64,000 nt of DNA from NCBI GenBank assembly GCA_017535665.1, contig JAFXTS010000019.1, forward strand, positions 54,531 to 118,530. The letters run 5' to 3'. Below, one piece after another: positions 63,360-64,000 of the stretch. The DNA is from Bacteroidales bacterium (GTDB lineage: Bacteria; Bacteroidota; Bacteroidia; Bacteroidales; WCHB1-69). The position numbers were made by a program, and so were the translations under genes. Positions within the stretch are counted from its first letter, which is position 1. Every line of letters begins with the position of its first letter. Under the pieces are notes generated by a model that ran no database searches, was not told the DNA's origin, and saw only the letters and a program-made list of their open reading frames with translations.

Positions 63360-64000
63360 ATGAAAAAATCTTTTTTCCTGACCCTGTTTTTGTCGCTGAC
63401 GACAGTCTGTCTCTTCGCACAAGCATCCGTCAGCGGGGTGGTGACCGACCCAATAGGGAAACCCATTCAGGGATTGGAGGTGGGACTTTTGATGGACAAC
63501 GGCAATCACAGTTCTATGGATGATGCTCCCATGGTGGCTTTGACAAGGACTGACAGCATCGGCCAATATTTGTTTGAGGGGATTTCAGCTGGGAAATATG
63601 CTGTCTCGTTCAATTGGAATCATAAAGATAGCGTGCATCAGCGCTTATTTGTGGTGGATATCGCGCTGTCCGACAATGATTTTCTGTTGGACGTAAGCGT
63701 CAATATGAACGAGAGTGTTGGCTACAGCTACATGGTACCATCCCCTCCCGCTGAATGGACAAGAATTGATGGGAAAATAACAGGGCTTCCTATTCACAAA
63801 AAGGCGATGATTGTGTTTGAGGTCATGGGAACGGGTAAAAAACAGGTGGTTTACACCAATAAAGATGGGATTTTCTTCTGGGCATTTCCACCTGAAACTG
63901 GCCGTGTGAAAGTCCACGTTTTTGCGCATGAAGGCAAAAGCCTGTGGCGAAAGGTGAAGAGCTGCATACGGCGGCCTCAGAAACGATGCCAGCACTCTAT
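63360..64000 (+). CDS. Secreted protein with a carboxypeptidase-regulatory-like N-terminal domain (partial, runs off the right edge)
   Basis: The frame is open from the ATG at 63360 to the window end, 213 codons with no stop. Signal peptide MKKSFFLTLFLSLTTVCLFAQA, then SVSGVVTDPIGKPIQGLEV. It is not in the ORF track because it lacks a stop. Confidence 0.7.
   Translation, partial: MKKSFFLTLFLSLTTVCLFAQASVSGVVTDPIGKPIQGLEVGLLMDNGNHSSMDDAPMVALTRTDSIGQYLFEGISAGKYAVSFNWNHKDSVHQRLFVVDIALSDNDFLLDVSVNMNESVGYSYMVPSPPAEWTRIDGKITGLPIHKKAMIVFEVMGTGKKQVVYTNKDGIFFWAFPPETGRVKVHVFAHEGKSLWRKVKSCIRRPQKRCQHS

Overview
This is a 64-kb chromosomal segment from a Bacteroidota, probably Bacteroidales, genome. The phylum call rests on several signals: T9SS type-A and type-B C-terminal sorting domains, an S46 dipeptidyl-peptidase, a TonB-dependent receptor followed by DUF4249, a DUF3276-ParA-ParB-DUF5683 block, a 287-aa primary sigma factor, and many TAnnTTTG -7 promoter boxes. 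About 55 real CDSs are mostly housekeeping: gcvT, rimO, apt, ilvE, murA, korAB, kbl, topB, mnmE, fabG, parAB, atpB/atpE, pheT, rnhB, serC/serA, efp, lpxD, dtd, rpe, ddl, rlmB, kdsB, rsmI, rpoD, rplU and rpmA. There are also tRNA-Pro(TGG) and tRNA-Arg(TCT). Most other long ORFs in the track are antisense shadow ORFs inside GC-rich genes. I found no CRISPR array, IS element, integrase, reverse transcriptase or recognisable canonical defence operon. Six things look unusual. (1) Eight intergenic loci carry a family of short-period (7-9 nt) tandem repeats that lack C on one strand. Two of these arrays, in inverted orientation, bracket an Avd-like four-helix-bundle gene wedged between serC and serA. 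(2) A small low-GC islet between murA and korB holds an orphan gene, a HigB-like/XRE toxin-antitoxin pair with a perfect palindromic operator, a GC-rich lipoprotein-type Fe-S aldo/keto reductase and a decayed antirepressor-like pseudogene. (3) An isolated atpB-atpE pair has no other ATP synthase genes nearby. (4) A stand-alone riboflavin-kinase domain gene follows rsmI. (5) A lipoprotein gene is tandemly triplicated. (6) A three-gene secreted cluster includes a C2-like domain and sits behind a long structured leader. All functional calls come from reading the translated sequences and motifs by eye. No database search was run.
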